DNA of 51,993 bases, counting the filler, from Sphacelaria rigidula (Eukaryota), in NCBI GenBank assembly GCA_964200075.2. It is 4 parts of 4 records of this genome, joined end to end, with 100 filler letters (N's around TTAATTAATTAA, not from the genome) between each part and the next. Parts side by side here need not be neighbours in the genome. Positions count along the whole stretch, not along the records: positions 1 to 12,924 come from CAXNAA020003296.1; positions 13,025 to 25,947 come from CAXNAA020003297.1; 2 more parts are not named here. One strand, 5' to 3'. Under the pieces are notes generated by a model. That model worked only from the letters and a program-made list of their open reading frames with translations, ran no database searches and was not told the DNA's origin. Shown piece by piece: positions 12,262 through 22,483 of the stretch. A program made the position numbers and the translations under genes. Numbering within the stretch: position 1 is the stretch's first letter; the number at the start of each line of letters is the position of its first letter.

Positions 12262-12500
12262 GTGTGTGTTAACATCCTATCCATTCTGGACGCCTGTCTT
12301 CAGTTTTCGGTATAATACGTGGGCGATTCAGCCGGTGTCACACACGGTCAAGACATGAGATTTGAATTTTTGAATGTTGTTTTACTCGTAAACGTGCCAT
12401 GTTTTTCAACTGGGAAAAGGGTTCAGCGGCGCCTTCCTCTCGTGAACGGTGAAGTCGACGTTTGTGTACCCCCAGCATAGATTGTTGCAATCCTCTGCTG
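12262..12500 (-). mobile_element. Diverged body of the tRNA-derived SINE family seen at 37303 and 40600
   Basis: Reverse complement shares GTGTGA..CCGGCTGA, TACCGAAA, CGTCCAGAAT.GAT.GGATG..AACACACAC and ACGAG.G.AAGG with those copies. Confidence 0.6.
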
Positions 12501-12667
12501 GTACGTTACAGGCGGGTCCTTATCGACGATGATTAGACCGTGTCCTGTCGAGACCACAACAAGAAGCAAGCGTAGAATGGAATAAGCATCTGAAAGCAGC
12601 ATGTCGACCAGTCGCCGCATCCAACACTATATTCGTGAGATTCAGAGTGTAGTTTCAGATTCAGAGT

Positions 12668-12858
12668 CAGGATTTCAAACGGAAGAACTGTTTTCTTTGT
12701 GGTCAATTCTTATGCGAAACAGTTTGCGTCACTAATCAACCAACCCGAGTAATGAACGTGCGTGTTTTCACAGCCTCCAGTTTTGGTTGATTAGTGACGC
12801 GAACTGTTTCGCATAAGAATCGACCACTAAGAAAACAGTTCTTCCGTTTGAAACCCTG
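12668..12858. mobile_element. Near-perfect 191-bp hairpin (hAT-like MITE or miRNA-like precursor)
   Basis: Arms of ~76 bp with about 4 mismatches (CAGGATTTCAAACGGAAGAACTG...ATCAACCAA and TTGGTTGAT...CAGTTCTTCCGTTTGAAACCCTG) around a ~40-nt loop. The CAGG ends resemble hAT TIRs. Confidence 0.8.
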
Positions 12859-12924
12859 CAAGGGTCGGACAAATAATGATTCGTCTGAAAACTACTTCGT
12901 TTTAGTATAATGAATCGACTCATG

Positions 12925-13024
12925 NNNNNNNNNNNNNNNNNNNNNNNNNNNNNNNNNNNNNNNNNNNNTTAATTAATTAANNNNNNNNNNNNNNNNNNNN
13001 NNNNNNNNNNNNNNNNNNNNNNNN
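12925..13024. other. Artificial contig spacer (N44-TTAATTAATTAA-N44)
   Basis: 100-nt N run with a six-frame stop linker. Confidence 0.98.
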
Positions 13025-13279
13025 TTTTTTTTTTTTTTTTTGAAGTTGTGTTCATTCGGCCCGCGGGGTTGGGGGGCCTTAAAAAAACACCCTTTTCCCA
13101 TCTCCCCCCCCCCCCCCCCACAGATCGTCACATCGTCTGACGTACCCTTCAGCACTAGGTTTTTGAACGTTTTCCAATAGTAGTACGCTATGGTTGGCTC
13201 ACAGGCGCAGCTGGACACTTCGAAAAGTATCCAACTTATGGTGGTTGCAAATGGTGCTTAACCTGAAAAAGGTACAGGT

Positions 13280-13670
13280 TGGACAACCTGCCCGTAGGAC
13301 CTGTAGGTTTGGCCACCTGTGAGGAGACTGTATTGAACCCACACCACGTGCGTGTCTGTTCTCCCATCTCTGTATTCTGGCGCCAGTCTACATCTTTCGG
13401 TACGTGCTTGACGTATCAGCCGGGGCCACACAAGAGGAAGGTCATCCAGGAGCTCTCTTTTTGTGTTGTAATGCCCACCTTTCCTCCTGTGGTTCTTGCC
13501 GTTGATTTTCAACGCGACAAGTCAGCAAACCTTTTACTCTTCTTTTGTCTACTCACGAACAGATCGCTTTCGACTGCCAAGTTGAAAAAGTTCCACTCCG
13601 AATCGGATTGAATTCCCAACCTGGCCGCTAGTAGTTTGACGAGGTTTAACTAGCCCACCGGGGCGACCAG
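13280..13670 (-). mobile_element. Diverged tRNA-derived SINE
   Basis: Minus-strand head GGTCGCCCCGGTGGGCTAGTT resembles the 40600 copy. The body shares GACCTTCCTCTTGTGTG.CCCCGGCTGAT..GTACCGAAAG.TGTAGAC.GGCG.CCAGAATA. Confidence 0.6.
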
Positions 13671-15344
13671 TTTTGTGACCAAAATTTCATGGAAACTATT
13701 GTTGCTGCCACCCAAATAAAGCCAGACTTGGTAGTAAGGTAGGCCACCGAGGCCCCCAAGTATCGTTCCCCGTGTTGACAGACTTATGAAGCATTGTTTT
13801 TTCATTTAACTGTAAGAGAGGGTCAAAATCTACGTTTAGCCATTTGTGTTGCCGCTGAGAGGGGCACCATCTCCGTGGGCCCCGATGCCGACAATTCATT
13901 TCGGACATGCCAAAAGAGTAAGTAAGCCGGGGGCAGCCTCCGAACAGATTATTTACGTCGGCCAATGTTGTGAAGAAAACGAACATGTTTTGGAGCTTCA
14001 GATAACCGATGAACACAGCGGCTCGAAATGGGCCTCAGGTTGTATCGGTGCAGCCGAGACTCTCGAGACGACAGAACAGGCGCTTGAAAAATGTCTTGGA
14101 GACACTGGTGAACTCAACAGTGTTTTCAGTCTCGCTTTGATATGGCAGCAATGTTTGTCATTTATGAAGTTGATCTATTGGGTGGGTTTGGAACTCAACC
14201 AAAATGGTCATGGTTTTAATAACCGCAAGTGCCTTGCGGCAGCATCAGTGAAACAAAGGCTTCCCAGGCGCAGCTGATGTCTTGAGGCTTCAGAATATGC
14301 CGTTACATCGGGCCGACGAGGTGGTGCGGGTCTCAGGGTTTTCCCCGGCGATGGTGCGGGGGGCAACACTCTCAAGGAAAGCGGCGAAAATACCGAAATC
14401 GTGGTTGCGCTGCATACACACCTGCCCTGTTTCTCGATCTCTTAGTCGTGAAACGAGTTCATTTGACGCATGCCGACGCTTTACGAACTTCCCCACCACC
14501 CCTCAAGCAGTTTATATGAATTGCCTTTTCCCCCAGCGTATAGCAGTCGATTCCGTGGACTGCTCCCAAGGCTTTCTGCCAATTGTCGACGCCGGAGATG
14601 CAAACATTCCACTTCAGTTGGATTGAGAATTCCGTGACAAGAGCGATGGATAACAACGAGCCTAGTTAATGCTGCATGTTTTCGTGTGCTTGCTCGACTG
14701 CGTGAGCGTGGCCAGCCGCAGGAGCTCGGCAACCCGAGGGAACTACGTGCTTGGAAGCCCTCTCGCCATTCCAGGGGTACCTGTGCCTGACGAGTCACAG
14801 CCAGCGTGGAGAACCAGGTCGCAGAAACTGCCCGAGCAAAAACGTGCCTGTAGATCAAGCGTGCCCTCAGGTGAGAGTCGGGAAGACATTCCGTTCGGAC
14901 TTGAAAGTGTGGTGAGCTGTCATTCAGCACGTTTAGCGTGCATCCAACGAATTAGGGAAGGAAGTCATGTGCAACCCCTGCAAAGCTCAGCGCGTGGCCT
15001 CACAAGCTGGTCTGTTTGATTTTCACCTTTTTTCCAGTTTCGCCGAAGTCGTGTTTTACTTTGCTGCCTAATTTAGCGAAAGGTGATCTGGTGTTTATAG
15101 TGTGGCGTGGCCCAGCGCAACACTGGTTCGCACTTTTTTGCCGGGCAGCACTCTGTGGTATCTATGGCGTTTCTTATTGAGCTAAATTGTCTGGCTGCTG
15201 CGTCCCGCTATAACTGTTGTGACGTTCAGTACCATCGCCGATGACTGCGTTATGCCCCTGGCTATGCGTGAATTTGAGATTCACTTTCCACACTGATTGC
15301 TGTCTTGCTGGTTATGCCCTACCGTTTTTGTATTATTGTAGTTT

Positions 15345-16256
15345 GCGGGGCCTCGTGTGTCGAGGACATGATGCTTGCGACGTCTGACCTCCTCTGGCAC
15401 CTTATTCGTGCTTTGTTTTTTGTCGCGTTTGTGTTCATTAGTTTGGGGCCTTTTATTTGTTTCTTTTATTTTGGTGTAACCTTTCTTGGGTATTCATCCT
15501 GTGACGACGTAGGGCGTCCGCATCAGTTGGGTCAGTACGGATGATGCAGGGTACGGGGAAGAAATCATAACGTGATTTTTAAGTCAATGACAACAACTTT
15601 TGCTTTCCACACTCAGGAAAAAGATGAAGTTGTCTGACTTCGGGATTCGAAGTCACAACCCTTTACCATGCATCGATTGGAAAGTAGACCGCGCAGCCAC
15701 GTGCATGCAATATACCGAACCCGATATGTACGGAGGACTGATGGAAACGAGTATGACATGGAGCGATGAAGACGTGCGTCTGGGTTCCAGCCAATACAAC
15801 AGCCTCGAGACCCCGGCCTGGTAGGGGTACGAAGACAGATCCATCCGAATCTATTGTTGTTCTGGTTGATGTCCCATCCATTTCTTTGTTTCAGTGTGCG
15901 GGGCCTCGCGTGTCGAAGACATGATGCGACGTCTGAACTCCTCTGAGGCCTTTTTCCTGCTCGATTTCTTTTTCGCAATCGTGTTGATTTGTTCGGGGCT
16001 TTGTGCTTGTTTGTTTTGGTGTGCCTTTTGTAGGTAGTCAGCCTGTGATGAACAAAGGCGTTCGTATCAGTTGGGTCAGTATGGATGATCGAGGGTACGG
16101 AGGAGAGATCGTAACGTGTTTTTGTATTGTGATGGCAACAAGATTTGTACTGTTAATAAACTCGGGAAAAATATACATTTTTTGGACTTGGGGATTCGAA
16201 CCAAAGTCCTCCACCATGCAGAGATTGGAATGTTGACCGCGAAGCCACGTGCATGC
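15345..16256 (-). repeat. Two diverged direct copies (~15345-15708 and ~15895-16256) of a SINE-like unit with a tRNA-like head
   Basis: On + both start GGGCCTCG.GTGTCGA.GACATGATG and end GGATTCGAA...ACCGCG.AGCCACGTGCATGC. Box B-like TTCGAATCCC lies on the minus strand. Confidence 0.7.
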
Positions 16257-16458
16257 CATCGGCCAAACTGCATGTGGGTTGCAGCCAACACAAAATGTCA
16301 CGATTCCTGCCGTTGAGTGGGTGTTTGATGTCGGTATGGAACCCTAGGATACCGTGGGCCTACAGGAAGCCATGAACCTGGCTAAAGCAAGTTGAATCGG
16401 CTATCTTTCGCTCACAGCATCACAACCGCTGATGCCTTGTTTTTAGCATGCAGTGTGA

Positions 16459-16821
16459 CATAGTAGTCTTGCCTCAACGTGGCCACCGCGTTTGCAATCC
16501 ATAAAAGGTCGAGTAGTTGGGGCCTCCCCACGTATTTTCAAATGGAGAAAAATACTTGTTTTTGCCCTTATATCACCAGGCGCACACGAAGTGGAAAACG
16601 TGACGAAACAAATGCCGGCGCTGGCATTTCAAGAGCAGGATCTTGCGGACGCCGTTCATGTGCGCACGTGGTGGCACGGCTTTGCGTCTGCCGCAATTAG
16701 GGTGGAGTGGGACATGTTTTGGGTGAACGTTGCTAAGCGTTCTCTCGAACGAGGGGCAGAGGAACGTTGGCCATACCACGAACATTCGCTCCACACTCCC
16801 GAAGGCAGAGACCAATTTTAG
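16459..16821 (+). pseudogene. In-frame upstream extension of the TIR ORF, separated by one TAG
   Basis: ORFs 16492-16821 and 16873-17712 share a frame (offset 381 nt). The junction reads ...PEGRDQF*NFVRDRQGKKDGTDFVYLDS... Confidence 0.5.
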
Positions 16822-17712
16822 AATTTCGTTCGCGACCGGCAGGGCAAGAAGGACGGCACCGACTTTGTATACTTGGATTCGCTCATCGCAATGGCCGGGA
16901 AGAGAGCGCTTCTGGTGGACCTTCTCGATGGTGCGATGGTGAAAGAGTCGAGAGGTGTCATGATCGAGCTTCGCTCATGGGAGCAGTTTGTCTGTGCCAT
17001 GCCTTCGCCTGCTACGGGCCTCGATGTTGCTTTGCTGCAGCACGAATGTATCGTATCCGCACCATCTCACTTACAACATTGTTTCTTGGCTTATTCTTGC
17101 TACCGCGGCCGCTGCGCAGGCGGCTGTCCAAGAGATCGAAAGCTCGTATCACAGGCATTTTTGAGCCACACTGATCACACCCTGTCAGGAAGGCGTGAGT
17201 CATCCGTGCCGCACCTGGTCGACACAATTGCTGGCGTTTTGGACAAAGAGCATATCGGAACGTTCTACGATGCCGAGAACCTTCGCCAAGTTGTGGGCAG
17301 ACCATGGAAGCCAAAGATCGTCAAGGAAGTTAAGAGGAGCACTGTCTTCGTCGCGATTCTCACCCCAGCTTTCTCGCAGCGCTTTTGGCCCATGTACGAG
17401 CTGCACCTAGCGATTGAAGCGGCTGAGCAACAACCGCAATATCGGCGTCATCTCGTACCAGTGCTGTATGGGACGGACTTTGTCGAACTTCACCACAATT
17501 TCAACCAATTCAACGCGTTGGCTAGTTGGAGGGAATACGCCAACAAGGACGTGGTGGACGATCTTATTAAGTCGTGCGTGAAGAACCTCGAAACCCTTGC
17601 CCGTCTCGAGAGCGTTGATTGGGGCGGTGCTGGAGACAAGAAGAGCATCGCGACGTTTGGTCATAATGTGGCTGACCGGCTCAAAAGGCACCTTTTCATT
17701 GGCCCCCCTTGA
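16822..17712 (+). CDS. TIR-domain protein (TIR_2-like, catalytic Glu present); true start uncertain
   Basis: TIR motifs in the expected order: AFLSH (17155), TFYD, IVKEVKRSTVFVAILTPAFSQRFWPMYEL (Glu at 17398-17400), LVPVLY. The frame is open from 16822 to the stop at 17712 with no intron needed. Confidence 0.85.
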   Translation, partial: NFVRDRQGKKDGTDFVYLDSLIAMAGKRALLVDLLDGAMVKESRGVMIELRSWEQFVCAMPSPATGLDVALLQHECIVSAPSHLQHCFLAYSCYRGRCAGGCPRDRKLVSQAFLSHTDHTLSGRRESSVPHLVDTIAGVLDKEHIGTFYDAENLRQVVGRPWKPKIVKEVKRSTVFVAILTPAFSQRFWPMYELHLAIEAAEQQPQYRRHLVPVLYGTDFVELHHNFNQFNALASWREYANKDVVDDLIKSCVKNLETLARLESVDWGGAGDKKSIATFGHNVADRLKRHLFIGPP

Positions 17713-18629
17713 GTGAAAGAAGGAGTTGTGCGCCGGGTGTGAACCTCCCCTTTTGTTGCCGGAGCGGCGAACGTCGGTTATCGATTGTGCCGTTTGCTCA
17801 TTGGGTGTTGAATTGTTTGGACTGCACGGTTGGGGTGTATGCTGATCTGCAGTCGCGAATATGGGGAGAACAACCGCGGTTATTGACGAGCGCGTCGCAT
17901 CCGCAACCTGACTTTGTTGGGCATAAGATGTCATGTTTGTTCGTGTTCCACGATTCTGATTCATTTGAATTTGAGTTTTATACTGTAAATTATAGTTTTT
18001 GTTTTAGAAATGGTATATATCTCCATCACGCTTTGTTGACAATCGATACTTTGTTTTCGAGTTTTTGACACTGTTCCAGCAGCGGGGGGGGCATCAACTC
18101 ACACGAATTTCCCCTCCTGAGTTTATAATTCTTGCTGTTTTTGCTCTCTCTGGATGTTGTATTAAAGGCAGAATTTTGGCTTTTTTTGCTGAGTGTTTTT
18201 AAGCCCGTGCTGCCCGAAACGTACTTTTTAGGTCACCAAGAACTTTGGGTCGGATGTGAGGATTTTGATTATTTCTCCTGTGATGGTTGATTGATCGGAG
18301 GAGCTCCGAAGGTTCCAAGTACGTAAGAAACGAAGTAGCGCGCGCACGGGGGCAAAGATATGGATTGCCGTGAGAGAAGGGGGGGGAGACAACGATGGAA
18401 GAACACAGGATAATGGGGGTACGAGTTGTTGCAAAACGTAAACGCGTCTACATTTGAGTGGGACTGGGAACAAGGGGCGGTTAGTTTTAGTGTGCGACAG
18501 GGAGATACACAGCCATGAAGCGAGTACAGGAAGACGGGGGCTCAGCAGTGGGTCGTAATCGACTATGCTCACGCTCTGCCATGGGCAACAAAAACGCAGG
18601 ATACAATGCGGTACAAATAGCATGGACCA

Positions 18630-18671
18630 TGTTGCAATTGCGGAGGGTTAGGTGACCAATCAGAGGGATGA
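18630..18671 (+). mobile_element. Degenerate gag CCHC zinc knuckle (retrotransposon remnant)
   Basis: TGT TGC AAT TGC GGA GGG TTA GGT GAC CAA TCA GAG GGA TGA reads C-x2-C-GGLG-[H>D]-x4-[C>stop]. Each lesion is one base from the consensus codon. Confidence 0.5.
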
Positions 18672-19299
18672 TATATAATGACGTAGGTTATGCGAGTACA
18701 GTCACGTGTGCAGTACGAGCATCCTGATCGAGCACCGCCCCCCTCAGTCAGTTCATCTTGGTCCATCTTGGTTCTGGGTTCTGGGTGCCAACTGCCTGCC
18801 TTGCTCTGGGGTTTAACATAAGTGTACGTGGTGAGTCTGTGAGAGTGATACTGAAGTGAGGGGGATATTGAGCGTGTATTACTGTGTGACTGAGTTGATT
18901 GGATTGTGTGAGAGTGAACAGGGTGAAGTGGAAGTGAAGAGATAATACAAACGTTTTGGAACATTACTATTTGCCTGAGTCAAGGTGTTGACTGCTGTTC
19001 ACCCACTTCATCTGTGAGGACGCTTACCCCTCATCAGAGCGGTCGATTAGGTCGCGGGAGGGCGACCGACAGGGCGGGCACGACGAGAGCGTATTGAAAA
19101 GTCGTTTTATCCCATCGCCCGACGGGTGTTTCAGGAGAGAGTGACAAGCCTGTGTTTGATGTGTATGCGAGTAGTTCAAGCGCCGATCTATGTTCATGTA
19201 TACATCACACCGTGGGTTGGCTCGTAGAGACGCTTGGCTCACTATCGGTTTGCACACCTCGCAAAGGGACTCACGCAACACCTCCAGCTTTCCACGTAC

Positions 19300-21140
19300 A
19301 GAGATTCTACGGAGGTGAGGTTTTAATCGACACAAGTTTTAGGGAAATCTCGCACCATACAGTACCGGTCCGATCATAAGAAACAAGACATTGGGCCCAG
19401 CCCGACATTCTTGCGCGAGGCCAGAGCCAACTACCGCCCCACCATATAGAAATTAGTGTGGCACTCGTGGCCTAGCCTGGGCGCTTTCTTCAATTTATGA
19501 ACATCTCGGCCTGACCTTCTTGTAGACAACTTTCTTAAGAGCGGGCCGGTACTGTATGTGAGCATCGTTTGCCCTCCGACAACTGCAGATAGCCCGAGGT
19601 GCGAGGCGCGAGAGATATCGAGGGAAGATGAGGTAGTAAAGTGCACTCGGTATATTCCACACTTACACCTTCAGAGAAATGCAGTACGGGCCCGCTCGTG
19701 AGAAACACTGTCGGTGCAAGACTCTCCGCAAAGTAGTGACGGTTACGTGTCAGTTGGGAGTATAGTCCTTTGGGCTATTCGTCTACGAGTGTCCTCGGAT
19801 CTTGTGCGCGCGCGGTGCATATTACGCCGCGTTGTGTGTGTATGTGGAGTGATATCTCACTCTTCCTTCTCTCTTTCTCTGGATCCTGTTTGCATGCCCT
19901 CGCAGGTGTGAGACTGGCGATCATACACGAACTATAGCCATTCGACTGGCTCGACGTTAACCGACGCGGTTGTTCTAACAAACACTCATCTATCGTAAAA
20001 AAATGGGGCTTGGAATTCTGAAATATTAAGAAACGGCCGAGGCTCGGCACTTCCAGAACTTGAGAAAGAGGTCCATTCCCACTAGTGGACCCCCGGCCAC
20101 CGCTCTCTTATCCCTGTGAGCACGAGTCCGCGCCTCTCCAAGCACGACGTCGAGTTTTTGTTGTGTTTTCTCGACAGTTTCACCGGGACCACGTGAAAAT
20201 ATTTCAACACCTCCAGAAAAATTCCTCCGCATCGAGCGGCAGGCAGCGGCGGACATGAACCTCACTCGTAGCTGGTATAAGGGTATACAACAATGGAAAT
20301 GTGCTTTTTTTGCGGAAAAAACAAGAAAGATGCATTGAAGAAACAGATGATGGCTGTTTTGGGAAACTAAGAAATCCAGGCTGAACCGGGATTTCAGTAT
20401 TTTACGAGCGGGCCGGTACTTCTGTGTTTGTGAGGTGAGACAACGCAAAAAAAAAATCGTTTCAACATGTGTGGCGGCTGTTGTGTCCGCAAGCAGTTTC
20501 CCCCCCCTTGATCTTGTGTTGAATCGGAGGAATGATGTGCCATCGCAGTTGCTTCCAGGCCTCTTTTTTCGCTCTCGGGAGTCAAACTTCAGACCAATGT
20601 TGCACAATTGAAGCGTCCCTCATTTCGCTCGATAATTTGCGTCCACCCAAGTACAGAGCCATAGAGTCCTACTGTGCCTTGTAGAATTTGGGGTCTGCAC
20701 CACGCCCATCGCCATCGGCCTGCAAAAAGTCACCTGTAAACAATTCTAAACTCCAGTCGTGCAGCAGGGGAAGCCAAGAACCGCCTGCCACGAACACATG
20801 GCGCTGACTGAGTGGCTAGTGGACAAGTCCTTAAGAATACCTGCCTCCAAAAATATACCAAACGCAAATCCTGTGAGGCCCTTTCAGGCCGGTGTTGCAC
20901 GAAGACAGAGATGCCCAAATAGTTCGGCAACCGGAGGGTGTGTAGTCCATCACGTACCGACTGTAAAACTGTAAAAACTAGTGCACGAATTTTCGAATCT
21001 TCCGGAAAGGCCGGGATTGCTAAATCCAACTCCAAGTCTGTACTTCCCAATCGAACCACCCTTCCTTGTATAATATTTCTAGCAAAATCAACCCTCGAAG
21101 ACTGGAGCCTCGTGGAGTTGGATCGCCCTGGGATCGGGTG
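19300..21140 (-). mobile_element. Decayed LTR-retrotransposon internal region (gag-like)
   Basis: Minus-strand peptide LRVRFMSAAACRSMRRNF...RGPGETVEKTQQKLDVVLGEA resembles the retrotransposon gag Q-x-x-x-E-S/T-V-x-x-Y motif. It lies just downstream of an LTR-like segment and has many stops and frameshifts. Confidence 0.4.
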
Positions 21141-21192
21141 AACCGATTCAAGATCTACACAGGAAAGTAAGGAACGTGTCCTACTATTATAG

Positions 21193-21478
21193 TGTCACGC
21201 GTAGACAGTCTCTTGAAGACCAATGTTGTTGAAGACTCACTTGTTGTATTAATATCTTGAACCAGCTTTGCTAAATAAACTGATCCGGGCAGGAGGTAGA
21301 CTGAACAAGAGGGGGCGGGGGAGCGCCCTCATGAAAGGAACAAATAATCCTCGAACTCTAACAATTCTGAACTACTCAGGAATCTAGACTACTTTCACGC
21401 ACTTTTCACAGACAAGGAGGAGATACGAAAGATACTAGATTCCCGTTTATAGGATCTTGGGCAAGCAATCCCATAACA
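21193..21478 (-). mobile_element. LTR-like segment
   Basis: Minus strand begins TGTTATG, ends GTGACA and contains TATAAA. It lies 5' of the gag-like remnant. No second LTR or clear PBS was seen. Confidence 0.35.
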
Positions 21479-21584
21479 CTACAGAACGCGCCAATTAGAA
21501 ACTGGCCGTTAAGAAAATGAGGCTCAAGACAACCAAAACATGAGAAACAAGACCGATCGAGCGCGGCCAAGGCCCCAAAGGTCG

Positions 21585-21950
21585 CGTCAACCCAACACTA
21601 CCCAACACTACACCGGCGGTCCGACTCTACCGAACACTACCCAACGTAACCCAACCCACAACCCACAACTCAAACCCAACTGGCTCAATCCAACCCCGAC
21701 CCCACAACATTACACATCAGCCAACCCCGGCCCAAAACCCAACTTTTCCAAACGCGCGGCCCCAAAGGCGCGCTAACCCCACCCTACCCTACCCTAACCC
21801 AACACTAAACTCTACCCAACCCGACTCCCAACCCAACCCAACCCAACCCAAATCAAACACCGCAAAATACCTAAACGGCCCCAAAGGCCGTGCCATCCCA
21901 ACCCTCTACTTCAACCCTACCCAACCTCCAACCCCAACCACCACCACAAT
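21585..21950. repeat. Degenerate C/A-rich telomere-like tract (CCCAA/CCCTAA/CCCTA units)
   Basis: Examples: CTAACCCCACCCTACCCTACCCTAACCCAAC and (CCCAA)4. Strong strand skew. Confidence 0.7.
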
Positions 21951-22174
21951 TCCGCTATGTGCTTGTTTAGGTCGTGTTGTCGACATCACATGTTGCCTCG
22001 TTTCCTGATGCCGGCCCGCAGATCTCCTCTGCCGACAACGCCGGAATCCCCGGATGTTGTGTTTTATGAGAAGAGGCATTTCTTTTGAAATTTTTCGCTT
22101 TTTTTGCCCCGCTGCTGCCAAGACTACACACCCTCGGTGTACGACAACCAAGGCCCCGCGCGGCACGAAAACAG

Positions 22175-22483
22175 GACCCCTACTGCTGTAGTGTGCATGC
22201 GTGTCGACCCCGACCAGTAGTTGAGGGTTTCGCAGCCTATTCCGTGCGTTCAGCAGCGTTGAAACTATTGCTGCTGCAGGTTCTTCTGCTGCTGCTGCTC
22301 CAAAAAAAGGTCACTTGGGATTTCTGTTCACATAATCGCGCCGCTGCGCACACACCCTCGCGACGCAGCAGCGAAGACCCCCCACGGCACAAAAACAGTG
22401 ACCCCACTGCTGCAGTGTGCATGCGTATCTATCCCGACCAGTAGTTGCGGTTTTCGCAGCCTATTTCGCGCGTTCAGCAGCGT
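22175..22483. repeat. Direct repeat of ~85 bp (22175-22260 and 22400-22483)
   Basis: GACCCC.ACTGCTG.AGTGTGCATGCGT.TC.A.CCCGACCAGTAGTTG.GG.TTTCGCAGCCTATT.CG.GCGTTCAGCAGCGT occurs twice. Confidence 0.85.

Larger units (their letters stand above)
11176..12667. mobile_element. Putative non-autonomous TIR element (~45-bp inverted ends) carrying nested SINE-like repeats
   Basis: ACTCTGAATCTGAAACTACGTTCTGAATCTCACGAATATAGTGTT (11176-11220) is the near reverse complement of AACACTATATTCGTGAGATTCAGAGTGTAGTTTCAGATTCAGAGT (~12623-12667). Confidence 0.65.

Noticed and set aside
13846-15019. Coding-like ORF fragments upstream of the TIR gene, including CHSAR (HxxR) suggestive of a tyrosine recombinase
   Set aside because: Several stops, and no supporting catalytic Arg, Trp/His or Tyr motifs were found.
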